A DNA stretch of 35,013 nucleotides from a virus (lineage: Duplodnaviria; Heunggongvirae; Uroviricota; Caudoviricetes): IMG/VR virus record IMGVR_UViG_2534681831_000020, positions 1 through 35,013 of that record; one strand, 5' to 3'. Below, piece after piece: positions 1 to 8,432 of this stretch. The notes beneath the pieces are model-generated. The model worked only from the letters and a program-made list of their open reading frames with translations. It did not search any database and had not been told where the DNA came from. A program made the translations under genes and the position numbers. Numbering within the stretch: position 1 is the stretch's first letter; every line of letters starts with the position of its first letter.

Positions 1-2120
1 GTCATCATGGACAGCACCGAACGGGTGAATCCCCGCCAGTCTGCCTCTGCACCGGTCAGCATCGCCGCCATATTCTGTGCAATACCGTCAAAGGTCTGCG
101 TGGCAGCACTTTTAACCTGCGAAAAACTGTCCGTCGCACTTTCCGCCCACTCGCCCCAGCCGGACTTCAGCCCGGCCATCCAGCTTCCACGAAGCTGCTC
201 CTCCGCAGACCAGGTGTTCTTCAGTGCCGATGTGGCCTTCGCCAGCGCAGCCGGATTATCACCGTACACGTCCCGAAGACGCTGCGCTTCAGACTCCCGC
301 TGCGCCTGACGGTCAGTGAGACCGCGGGCTTTTGCGCTGATGGCGGCCTGCTTCGCGCTCTGCTGCTCTTCAAACCGCACCGCCTGCTGTGCCAGCTCAT
401 TCAGGCGTTTCTGGTATTCAACCTTGTCGCCCAGCTCAGCCAGCTGGCGTTTGTACTCCAGCGTCTCGTCTTTATGCGCCAGCAGGGATTTTTCCTGCTC
501 AGATAACTGTCGTTTCGTGGCAGCCTCTTTCAGGACCGCATACTGACTTTCCGCCTTCCATAAATCACGGCGCTGCCGGCTGATTTTCTCATTCGCACCG
601 CTGTGTTTTTTCCAGCGTCCTGAGCTCAGCTTCAAGGGCAAGCAGAGCCTCTCTTGCCTGCTCCTCTTCCCTCTCCCCGGCAGAGCGCGTTTTTCGGTGA
701 TGTATGCTTTTTTACCTGTCAGCTCTTCAGCCAGACGGCTGACGGCTTCCTGCTGCCCCGGACCTTTGCTGACGCCTGTTGCACGCGAACGGTTGATGTA
801 CCCCATTTCCCCCTGGCGTATACGCGCATCCCGTTCCGCAATGGATTTTCTCAGCGCCAGTTCATCACGTTTTGTTTTCTCAATAAATACGCGGTTCTCT
901 TCTGCCAGTTCACCAAACAACGCACCAACGCCGGGCACATTCTTTGTCGTTTCCCAGGCTGACTGAATAAATTCAGCCAGCGCCAGATCCCCCTGCACAA
1001 GCAGCAGCTTCACCTGTTCAACGGTTCCTGCCACCACGTCAGTGATCAGACTGAGTGCCCCCAGTGTATGATCACCTATCCATGCCCATGCGTCAGAAGT
1101 CCAGGTTTTAACATCGTCCCAGATTTTTTCCACCGGCGTGGCCGCTTTATCAAGTTGCTCCAGACGTGCATTCATGACATCCGCAAACAGGGACATCGCC
1201 TCCGTCACCGCAGCCTGTTTACCTTTCGTGCGCTCAAGCTCATCAATATGGCGTAACTGGGAAACGCTCAGGAAGTTATACTGCTGATTCAGGGAGGCCA
1301 GCGCCTTCACCGGATCTGCTGCAATCCCTTCAAAGGCTTTTTCCACCTTCCCGGCATCGTCCCCCACCGTCTGCAGCCATCTCTGAGAGGTTTCCCCCAT
1401 GATCCGTAGCTGCCCGGCGGTATATTTCCCGCTTTCTGCCAGACGGGCCAGATTTTCTGCCGCCTGTCTGATACCACCACCGGCTTCATCGCTGATCACC
1501 CCGGCCATTTTCCACAATTCTGCCGTTGTGGTGGCAGCCGCCCCTCCGGTCAGGATCAGTGAACGCAATAAGGCCCGATCAGCCTGCTCTGCCTGCCAGG
1601 CGGCGGCAGCAAGCGCGGCCAGTACGGCAACCCCGCCACCTGCCGCCACACGGGCCACCGACATAAATCGTCCCAGCTCACCGGCATTCCGGGCATTTTC
1701 AGCCAGTGCATTTGCCGTATCTGACAGCGACTCCTCTGATGATTCAGAGGCATCCCTGATCCCGAGAAGTTCCTCCTTCAGCAGGGTAAGCAGGCTGAGC
1801 GGTCCACCGAATGAATCGCTGATCTGCCCCCCCTGCTGCAGCATGATAAGGAAGGGATTCTGACCACCGGCAAGCTGAGTGACAATATCCGTGAACTGTG
1901 CGGGCAGTGTGCGCATGGCAGCCTTATACTGTCCGACTGATATCCCGGCTTTTTGTGCCGCCAGCGCCTGTCGGCTCAGCCCCTGTTCAACAGTACTGGC
2001 GGTTTTTCTGGCATCCGCCTCCAGACTGGAAAAATGACGGCGTACCCGGGCCATCTGTTCATCAAACCGGGCCGCATCCAGACTCAAATCAATAACCAGA
2101 TCACCCGCTGGCTGGGACAT
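1..2120 (-). CDS. H: tail tape measure protein (lambda H-like), partial; 3' end runs off the window start
   Basis: Minus-strand translation from ATG at 2120 gives MSQPAGDLVIDLSLDAARFDEQMARVRRHF...AQKAGISVGQYKAAMRTLPAQFTDIVTQLAGG, matching my recollection of the lambda H N-terminus; no in-frame stop before position 1; sits downstream of G/T as in lambda. Confidence 0.85.
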   Translation of the reverse strand, partial: MSQPAGDLVIDLSLDAARFDEQMARVRRHFSSLEADARKTASTVEQGLSRQALAAQKAGISVGQYKAAMRTLPAQFTDIVTQLAGGQNPFLIMLQQGGQISDSFGGPLSLLTLLKEELLGIRDASESSEESLSDTANALAENARNAGELGRFMSVARVAAGGGVAVLAALAAAAWQAEQADRALLRSLILTGGAAATTTAELWKMAGVISDEAGGGIRQAAENLARLAESGKYTAGQLRIMGETSQRWLQTVGDDAGKVEKAFEGIAADPVKALASLNQQYNFLSVSQLRHIDELERTKGKQAAVTEAMSLFADVMNARLEQLDKAATPVEKIWDDVKTWTSDAWAWIGDHTLGALSLITDVVAGTVEQVKLLLVQGDLALAEFIQSAWETTKNVPGVGALFGELAEENRVFIEKTKRDELALRKSIAERDARIRQGEMGYINRSRATGVSKGPGQQEAVSRLAEELTGKKAYITEKRALPGRGKRSRQERLCLPLKLSSGRWKKHSGANEKISRQRRDLWKAESQYAVLKEAATKRQLSEQEKSLLAHKDETLEYKRQLAELGDKVEYQKRLNELAQQAVRFEEQQSAKQAAISAKARGLTDRQAQRESEAQRLRDVYGDNPAALAKATSALKNTWSAEEQLRGSWMAGLKSGWGEWAESATDSFSQVKSAATQTFDGIAQNMAAMLTGAEADWRGFTRSVLSMM

Positions 2121-2963
2121 ATCTCACACCTCCGGAAATCCCCGCTGAAGCCATCATTAATGCAACATCATCCTCGCTGACATCCACCACATCCGCAGAA
2201 GGTGAAATATCGCGCCCTCCGTCCCCTCCGAACCGGACGCCTCCGGCAACTCCTGTCGCTTTCTGCATCAGCATTTCTTCCTCGTCCGGCATCTCCGTCT
2301 GCTCTTCCTCACACGCTGGAGCAAGCAGACTGAAATCCGCCGGATGCATATCCGGATCGCCAAAAAACAGGCTGAGTACGGCGTACATCAGCCCGGAAAA
2401 ATGAGCGTCCAGTTGGGTATCCTGAAAATAATGCGTGCAGTAAAAACGTCGCCAGTCGGCATATTCGGTGGATGTCATCCCGGCAAGCATGGCGCGCCAG
2501 TCGGGTCTCCCCATCTCTCGCGCCAGTTTCAGGACAAAGTTCAGCTCGCCTTCGAATGCTTTTTTGATGTTACCGGCTCAGTCGCTTCTGCTTTCCCGGT
2601 TTGTTCAGGATCGGCATCGTGCCGGTTATCCAGCATACCTGAAAGATAAAGCACCCGGTTCGTTGCCTGATTCAGTGCATCAGCAGGCCATCCCAGCATC
2701 ACTTCACGGCGGATCTGCTGCATCTCTGTCTCCGGAGAGGCCAGAGTGCCTTTGAGGGAATGGGAATGCCATAGCGACATCGCCACAAGCAGGGATGCCG
2801 TTTCCAGATATCGCTGGTTAATGTGCACGACATCATGCTTCGTTGTCTCCTGTTGTTCTGCGTCTGAAACAAACTTTATATAATCAAACCGCTGCAGCGC
2901 AGACAATTCGGAAAGCGTGACGGACACACCGTTATATTCAAATTGTTCTGTTTTCAGAAACAT
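2101..2963 (-). CDS. tail assembly chaperone G-T fusion made by programmed -1 ribosomal frameshift (G frame 2963..2559, T frame 2565..2101)
   Basis: T-frame ORF (2101..2514 in track) is open upstream to 2577 and reads ...KKAFEGELNFVLKLAREMGRPDW, overlapping the G 3' end; a slippery heptamer lies 6 codons before the G stop; same layout as lambda G/GT. Confidence 0.7.
2541..2963 (-). CDS. G: tail assembly chaperone G
   Basis: 140 aa, MFLKTEQFEYNGVSVTLSELSALQR..., lambda G-like in sequence, size and position between V and H. Confidence 0.85.
   Translation of the reverse strand: MFLKTEQFEYNGVSVTLSELSALQRFDYIKFVSDAEQQETTKHDVVHINQRYLETASLLVAMSLWHSHSLKGTLASPETEMQQIRREVMLGWPADALNQATNRVLYLSGMLDNRHDADPEQTGKAEATEPVTSKKHSKAS
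2559..2565 (-). other. slippery heptamer A-AAA-AAG for the G to G-T -1 frameshift
   Basis: Minus strand reads TCA AAA AAG in the G frame; shifting -1 gives AAA AAA GCA in the T frame, which is the only place between the T-frame stop at 2578..2580 and the G stop where the two frames can be joined. Confidence 0.6.
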
Positions 2964-2976
2964 GTATTACCTCCGT

Positions 2977-3727
2977 TTACCCTGCAGCGCCCGCTTCAGT
3001 AACGGTGACTTCAGCCACTGCGGCGAACTGACCATTTCCGCTCACCACAGGGATCTGCACCTTACCTGTCGCCACGCCGTTTACCGTAATTGTCATATCT
3101 TTCACACTAATGGTGGCTTTCGACGGATCGGCGGAAACCGCTCTGAACGTCTTGTCGGTTGCACTTTCCGGCTCAAAAGAAACCGTCAGGGTGGTTGTTT
3201 CCCTTTTGCCACCGTACCGGATGTCGGCGTCACCTTAATCGCAGTGACCGGCGTAATTTTGCTGCGTTCTTCCGCTACAGAAGGTTTGCCCACGTTGGTC
3301 ACTTTCACCGTGCGGGTGATCACTTCTTTCGCCGTCACGGCCTTACCGATACTGCTGACCCAGCCACGGAACACATCCACCGTGCCATTTGGGAAACGGA
3401 TTTTATAGGCCCGCACATCCCCGCTTTCAAACCAGCCTATAAGCCCTTTCTGACCTTCTTCTCCCGGTTTCCAGGCCAGCGTAAACTGGTATCTCCTGCA
3501 GACTTCTGCCCCTGCCCGGTCGCGGTCCAGTCCGCGTCTTCATCATCCAGGTAGTTATCATCGTAGGGTTCTGCCGTCATCTCGCCCGGCGTCAGATCCT
3601 TCACCTTAGCCAGTCGCTGCCAGTCATCGTCTGACAACGGGTTTGCATAAGCATCACCCTTGCCGTTGTAAACCCACAGAGTGGTACCGGCACCTTTTAC
3701 CGGCTCAAGGGGATTTGGTGTTGCCAT
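2977..3727 (-). CDS. V: major tail protein (lambda V-like), reading frame broken twice by single-base differences at homopolymers (near 3483..3485 and 3198..3207)
   Basis: Three consecutive minus-strand frames give [36 protein letters not shown]...SAGDTS / ...[42 protein letters not shown]...VAKG / ...[24 protein letters not shown]...[23 protein letters not shown], together collinear with lambda V. Confidence 0.8.
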
Positions 3728-3734
3728 ATCGTCC

Positions 3735-4130
3735 TCACATCTCGTATGTAATGGAATAAGTCAGATCTGCAGAACTCCATAACGCCATATCGTCATCACG
3801 ACGATACTCATAGCCCTGCGTAACCATCGTGGTAATCAGTCCTGCCAGTGCCGGGATCGCGGTCATCGCCGGGTAAATCCGGCTTTCCATCCACTGATCA
3901 AGCTCTGAATCCGGTACCTGTGCCGGTAAAAACACCTCAATATGCAGCGTGGCCCGCCAGGTATCTGCATCCAGCTCTTCACCGGTATACTCTGCATCCG
4001 TCAGATAAACCGCGATCGCAGGAAAATCCTCTTCGTCAAAAACAACGGGGCGACCATCAAACAGCGTCGCCCCGTGTTCATGCTGCTCGAGTGCATCCAG
4101 CACTGCGGCACGAATGTCAGTGTGTTTCAT
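3735..4130 (-). CDS. U: tail terminator / minor tail protein U
   Basis: 131 aa, [33 protein letters not shown]...[10 protein letters not shown], lambda U-like; position between Z and V. Confidence 0.85.
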   Translation of the reverse strand: MKHTDIRAAVLDALEQHEHGATLFDGRPVVFDEEDFPAIAVYLTDAEYTGEELDADTWRATLHIEVFLPAQVPDSELDQWMESRIYPAMTAIPALAGLITTMVTQGYEYRRDDDMALWSSADLTYSITYEM

Positions 4131-4660
4131 CGTTTTATTGCAATCCTCAGTTGTTGTTTCAGCGCGTATGCCAGTTCTTTAGGCAGGCGTTCACGCCGGA
4201 TACGGTCAACATTCTCATCAAATGCCTGTTTCAGTGGGGCCGCCATCGGGATTTTCACCACATCAATGGGGTAACGGTTTTTCCCGGCCACACGCTGCAT
4301 GACATGCCAGCGACCATTTTTTAATCGCTGAATAAATGCCCGCTGATACCGATGCTGACCGGCTTTAAGTATGCTGTTCGGGCGACGCCCCAGCATCCTG
4401 ATCCCCAGCTTAATCACAGGGAGATCACCGCGGTTAACGATAATTCTGGCATTCGGATTTCTGACCGTCGCCCGTTTCAGTCTGGACCGTTCCTTAACCA
4501 GTTTCCGGCGAACCTTTGTCTCCCGGGCAACCTGTGATGAAGACTGATTAATCGCCGTTGTGGCCACGCGGTTAATGGCCATTGCTGAAGCCGCCGGAAT
4601 GGCGTTTTTACGAACCCGGCTCAGATTGTCAATCGCCTGATCAAGCCCTTTTATCGCCAT
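4127..4660 (-). CDS. Z: minor tail protein Z (tail completion)
   Basis: 177 aa, MAIKGLDQAIDNLSRVRKNAIPAASAMAINRVA...GKNRYPIDVVKIPMA, lambda Z-like; start overlaps U start region by 4 nt. Confidence 0.85.
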   Translation of the reverse strand: MAIKGLDQAIDNLSRVRKNAIPAASAMAINRVATTAINQSSSQVARETKVRRKLVKERSRLKRATVRNPNARIIVNRGDLPVIKLGIRMLGRRPNSILKAGQHRYQRAFIQRLKNGRWHVMQRVAGKNRYPIDVVKIPMAAPLKQAFDENVDRIRRERLPKELAYALKQQLRIAIKR

Positions 4661-4675
4661 AATTTCACCCTGCGT

Positions 4676-5029
4676 TTATCGTCGCCGGTTAACTGCGGGT
4701 GGTTGACCACGGTTGAGCCAGAGATAACAGCTGCCCCCGTCATCCGGAGAAACACGATCCACCCAGAATATCTCACCATTAATGGTCAGCGTGTCACCAC
4801 GCCGCACGGCACGAACCGTATCCGTCCGCACAAATAATGACGGGCTGCTTCCTTCAATACGGACCCCGCCACCGGCAAACCCCAGCGACTCCGGATCGTC
4901 AAAAACCCCCTGAACTTCGCTGCCACACTGTGCCCCCGAGGTGAACTGCGCACAGAGCCCCATCACTTCAACGATCGTACTGTCTACCCCGGCGAGGGCA
5001 GCATCAAAGGCATTCTGAAAATCACGCAT
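4676..5029 (-). CDS. FII: head-tail connector protein FII
   Basis: 117 aa, ends ...WVDRVSPDDGGSCYLWLNRGQPPAVNRRR like lambda FII; same length as lambda FII. Confidence 0.85.
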   Translation of the reverse strand: MRDFQNAFDAALAGVDSTIVEVMGLCAQFTSGAQCGSEVQGVFDDPESLGFAGGGVRIEGSSPSLFVRTDTVRAVRRGDTLTINGEIFWVDRVSPDDGGSCYLWLNRGQPPAVNRRR

Positions 5030-5405
5030 ATTCAGCCGTTCCGTGCTGTATCATGGCCGTTGCCAGTGATGATGGCACCAGAACACGCATACCCCGTAAC
5101 GCCAGCTCAACGGGACGACCTGTCTCCGGGCAATACCCCATTACTTGCAGGCACTTCCGTACCCGGACGGCTTTAACATCATCCGGAGCATCCGTGTTGT
5201 TCAACTGCTCACCATCGTCTGTGTGATTTTGATCAGCCCCGCTCTCATCAGAGTGCATAATGCCCTCCGGGGAAACAGCAAGCTCCTCTTCCCACTCAGA
5301 CACACGTTGAGCAATATCCGCAGCACTCCCCGACATATCCGCCTCGCGCCCCAGCAGGCCAGCCAGTTGACGAAGACGATTCAGATTTTCTTCTTTTGTT
5401 GCCAT
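5022..5405 (-). CDS. FI: DNA packaging / head assembly protein FI-like
   Basis: ORF in the FI position between E and FII; start chosen at the ATG at 5405 (MATKEENLNRLRQ...) because it has a perfect AGGAGG Shine-Dalgarno 5 nt upstream; acidic middle region as in lambda FI. Confidence 0.65.
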   Translation of the reverse strand: MATKEENLNRLRQLAGLLGREADMSGSAADIAQRVSEWEEELAVSPEGIMHSDESGADQNHTDDGEQLNNTDAPDDVKAVRVRKCLQVMGYCPETGRPVELALRGMRVLVPSSLATAMIQHGTAEYA

Positions 5406-5456
5406 CTCAGCCTCCTGTGAAAAAAGACACGGGGGCATTTCGCCCCCGCTCACGGA

Positions 5457-6485
5457 TTATTTCACCTGTACCACCACAAACTCATCCGGATCCGGCAGCA
5501 CCATCAGCGGAGCGGACTGCGTCATGGTGAATTCACAGGACGGATCGCCCACGGTCAGCCAGTGTTTCGGGTAACGGGAAGAAGCCACCACTCCTTCAGA
5601 CAACGCCTGTGCATCCTTAATGGCACCATAGCAACGAATCCCCTCTGCCGCCGTATTCCCCAGCACCAGCATGCCCTCCGGCAGATAACGTTTTTCGGTA
5701 CCGTCCTCTGCCACATAAGACGTTTTCGCCACCACAATGGCCAGATCGCCGTAATACCCCTTGAAGGACACCACTGCGCCCAGATCTTTCACTGCCGTTT
5801 CGAGTTGTGAATTTGAGCCGCGACGGGTATCCAGTTTTTCGCGGAACAGCTTAAAGCCATTCAGCAGACGCCAGACCGTACCGTCCATAATGGCGATATT
5901 CACAAGGCCGCTGGCCTGATCGCAGTAGAGGTCAATATCATGCGTCGGATCAAACGTATCACGGTCCTGCTCAGACCATTTTTTACCGTCAGCCTGCTCA
6001 ATGTTATTTCCTTCAGAGCGCCCGAAATCCACCTCGACAGTATCAAACTGATCCCCTTCCATGGTGTATTTGCCATACAGCACGGCATTCACCGCCTGCA
6101 TTTCTTCCACCTGGACAATGGCGTGCTCTTCCTGTTTGAGGTTATCGGTAATGATACGCAGACGACGGTAGGCCGGGTCGTTCAGCTGAGCCGGATCTTC
6201 ACCAGGAAGGCGCTCAACCGCCTGCTGGTAATTAAATTCGTGTTTCGGCTTGACGTAGCCCGGACGCAACACGCGGGTTTCACCACCACGATGGCGCAGC
6301 ACTTTTCCTTCAACGATCGGGGAGACATAGGCCGCCACCGGCGTTTTTCCGGTAATTTTGTCCAGCATCACCTCTTCGGTGTGGAAATTCACCGTACGGC
6401 GGAAAAACAGCTCCAGAAACAGCGCACGAAATTTCACTTTTTGTTCGGTATAACCGAGTAACTGGCGGGTCGTAAACAATCCCAT
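5457..6485 (-). CDS. E: major capsid protein E
   Basis: 342 aa, MGLFTTRQLLGYTEQKVKFRALFLELFFRR...SAPLMVLPDPDEFVVVQVK, collinear with lambda E along its length. Confidence 0.9.
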   Translation of the reverse strand: MGLFTTRQLLGYTEQKVKFRALFLELFFRRTVNFHTEEVMLDKITGKTPVAAYVSPIVEGKVLRHRGGETRVLRPGYVKPKHEFNYQQAVERLPGEDPAQLNDPAYRRLRIITDNLKQEEHAIVQVEEMQAVNAVLYGKYTMEGDQFDTVEVDFGRSEGNNIEQADGKKWSEQDRDTFDPTHDIDLYCDQASGLVNIAIMDGTVWRLLNGFKLFREKLDTRRGSNSQLETAVKDLGAVVSFKGYYGDLAIVVAKTSYVAEDGTEKRYLPEGMLVLGNTAAEGIRCYGAIKDAQALSEGVVASSRYPKHWLTVGDPSCEFTMTQSAPLMVLPDPDEFVVVQVK

Positions 6486-6542
6486 AAATCAGTTCCTTTC
6501 ATTCAGAAATCAGTCAGGCCACCATGGTGGCCTGATAACGTG

Positions 6543-6890
6543 TTACGGCAGAGCCGCGTGACTCAGGGCTGTGCCGGCAAAGGCATTTGCCTTTTTGTGT
6601 TCATCCACACTGTCAGGCCAGCGGATTGCCTCCGTCGCAAAGGTCCCCGACTTGTAATAGGTCAGCACCGTCTCTGTGCCTTCAAGCGGCAGTACCAGTA
6701 TGCCAACCGCACTACCGGCTTTCTGTCCATCCCAGACCACCAGTTTCCCGGTGGCTTCATCCAGCATCAGGGGCGTCAGAGCCGGTGTTGCAGAAGAAAT
6801 CCCGCTGCTGCCTGTGGCGGTATGAGCCGGATCATTACCAGCAAAAATACGTACTTCCGCACGCTGTTCAGTGATGGTTTTCGTCACCAT
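6543..6890 (-). CDS. D: head decoration protein D
   Basis: 115 aa with the conserved NDPAHTAT...TPLMLD...VGIL...YKSGTF motifs of lambda D; position between C and E. Confidence 0.8.
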   Translation of the reverse strand: MVTKTITEQRAEVRIFAGNDPAHTATGSSGISSATPALTPLMLDEATGKLVVWDGQKAGSAVGILVLPLEGTETVLTYYKSGTFATEAIRWPDSVDEHKKANAFAGTALSHAALP

Positions 6891-6926
6891 TTTGTTAAAA
6901 CCTCATATTGATGGTCAGCACTGACT

Positions 6927-8432
6927 TCATGGCATGGCCATGAGCATTTTCACGTCCGCATCACCGTCTGCTGACGTCTGTGACACGCCACCCCGCACCG
7001 CTGCCGGTGAATGATTCGCCATGAAATGTTCAAACAGGGCGGTTGTGGATGCAGAGACCGGTTCGGCCTTACCTGATCCCGCAGCCAGCACAGCCCGGGC
7101 GTTCTCCACGGTCATTCCCGGGCAGGCCGCCAGTTTTTCAGCCTGCGCTTCTGCCCCTTTTGCCTCATCCAGGGCCATGATCTGATCACGAAGTGAGGGC
7201 CCGGCATTCGCCTGCGGTGAGGCAGCCAGGATCGGGCGGGCTTTTTCCTCCGTCATCTCCGGCATCGCCGCCAGCGTTGCCGCCAGTTGTTCACGACCTT
7301 TCGCTTCTTCACACGCCATAATGCGATCGGCTTCACTCTGCGCGGATGCCACCGGCTGCTGCGGTGCCGCCGCGGCCAGAATAGCCCGGGCCTGTTCAAT
7401 GCTCATGCCCTGTTGTCCTGCCAGCATCGTGGCAAGCTGTTCACGTCCTTTCGCTTCCTGACACGTCAGGATCCCCATCACTCGCTGGTTCTCCTGCGCG
7501 GCAGCTTCCGTTGCAGTTAATTGCGGCATAGTGCCTCCTGTATCATGAGTGTTCAGCGCCGCAGCCATCACGCTGATGGCATCCGACGCATTGATTAATT
7601 CATCCGCCAGTCCGGCCTTAATAGCGGACTGACCTTCAAAAACGGCAGCCTCTGTCCCCGTGACAGCTTCCACAGACAGCCCCGTATACATCGCCACTTT
7701 TTCGGCAAACATCCGGTGCGCCGCATCAACCCGCTGCTGCATGTCCTGACGCACCTCTGCCGGTAAGGCTTCAAACTGATTGCCATCCACCTTGTGCGCC
7801 CCGGCATAAATCAGCGTGATATCCACCCCGGCCTGCGCCAGATGACCGGCATAGCTGACATGGCTCATCATCACGCCAATGGAGCCGATACGGGATGTCT
7901 GGGTAACCAGCCGTCGGGAGCAGGCCGACGCCAGCAGCATGGCTGCAGAACAGGCCGTGTCATTGCACAGTGCCCAGACCGGCTTCTGCTGACGGAGGCG
8001 GTAAATCATGTCAGCGCAGTCAAACGCGCCGGCGGCCTGCCCGCCCGGACTGTCAATGTCCAGCAGTACGCCCCGCACCTGGCTATCTGCCATTGCCTGC
8101 TGAAGACAGGCGACAATGCCGTCATAGCCTGTCATTCCGGAAAATGGCCGCATACCGCCCAGCCGGTGCACCAGCGTGCCGGTCACCGGCAGTACAGCAA
8201 TACCGTTCACCACCCGGTAAACACGGGCCGGTCGTTTACCTCCGGCCATGTACTCGTCCGTTTCAGCCAGCATTCCGGGAGCATCAAGCTGTACCTGTTG
8301 TTGTGGTACCGAAAGACTTGCTGCCCCCATCTCGCGCCCGAGCGCGCAAAAGAAAACCCGCGCATAGGCGGGCTCCAGAAGCAGCGGTTCATTGAATGCT
8401 GCGGCAATAATGTGTGAAAGATTACGTCTCAC
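6927..8432 (-). CDS. C: head maturation protease / scaffold (lambda C with in-frame Nu3-like region), S49 peptidase family, with triplicated C-terminal module
   Basis: 501 aa, MRRNLSHIIAAAFNEPLLLEPAYARVFFCAL...GIAVLPVTGTLV...TGYDGI matches lambda C; 62 aa longer than lambda C (439 aa) because of three tandem ~49-aa repeats. Confidence 0.85.
   Translation of the reverse strand: MRRNLSHIIAAAFNEPLLLEPAYARVFFCALGREMGAASLSVPQQQVQLDAPGMLAETDEYMAGGKRPARVYRVVNGIAVLPVTGTLVHRLGGMRPFSGMTGYDGIVACLQQAMADSQVRGVLLDIDSPGGQAAGAFDCADMIYRLRQQKPVWALCNDTACSAAMLLASACSRRLVTQTSRIGSIGVMMSHVSYAGHLAQAGVDITLIYAGAHKVDGNQFEALPAEVRQDMQQRVDAAHRMFAEKVAMYTGLSVEAVTGTEAAVFEGQSAIKAGLADELINASDAISVMAAALNTHDTGGTMPQLTATEAAAQENQRVMGILTCQEAKGREQLATMLAGQQGMSIEQARAILAAAAPQQPVASAQSEADRIMACEEAKGREQLAATLAAMPEMTEEKARPILAASPQANAGPSLRDQIMALDEAKGAEAQAEKLAACPGMTVENARAVLAAGSGKAEPVSASTTALFEHFMANHSPAAVRGGVSQTSADGDADVKMLMAMP
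7036..7480 (-). repeat. three tandem ~147-bp (49-codon) in-frame repeats inside gene C
   Basis: Protein repeats IMGILTCQEAKGREQLATMLAG..., IMACEEAKGREQLAATLAAM..., IMALDEAKGAEAQAEKLAAC...; matching DNA repeats around 7160, 7300 and 7450 (ttcacgNcctttcgcttcNtNacacg). Confidence 0.6.

Noticed and set aside
1399-1863. Plus-strand ORFs across the tail and head region (for example 1399..1863, 2917..3408, 3848..4324, 5940..6461, 7794..8417, 11005..11679)
   Set aside because: They lie antisense to or out of frame with conserved lambda-like structural genes on the minus strand and have no recognisable protein features; typical shadow ORFs of GC-rich coding DNA.
2591-2597. GGGAAAG heptamer near the 3' end of G, the same sequence as the lambda G-T slippery site
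   Set aside because: In this window it is aligned GGG-AAA-G in the G frame and the T frame has a stop (2578..2580) downstream of it, so a shift here could not produce G-T; the usable site is A-AAA-AAG at 2559..2565.
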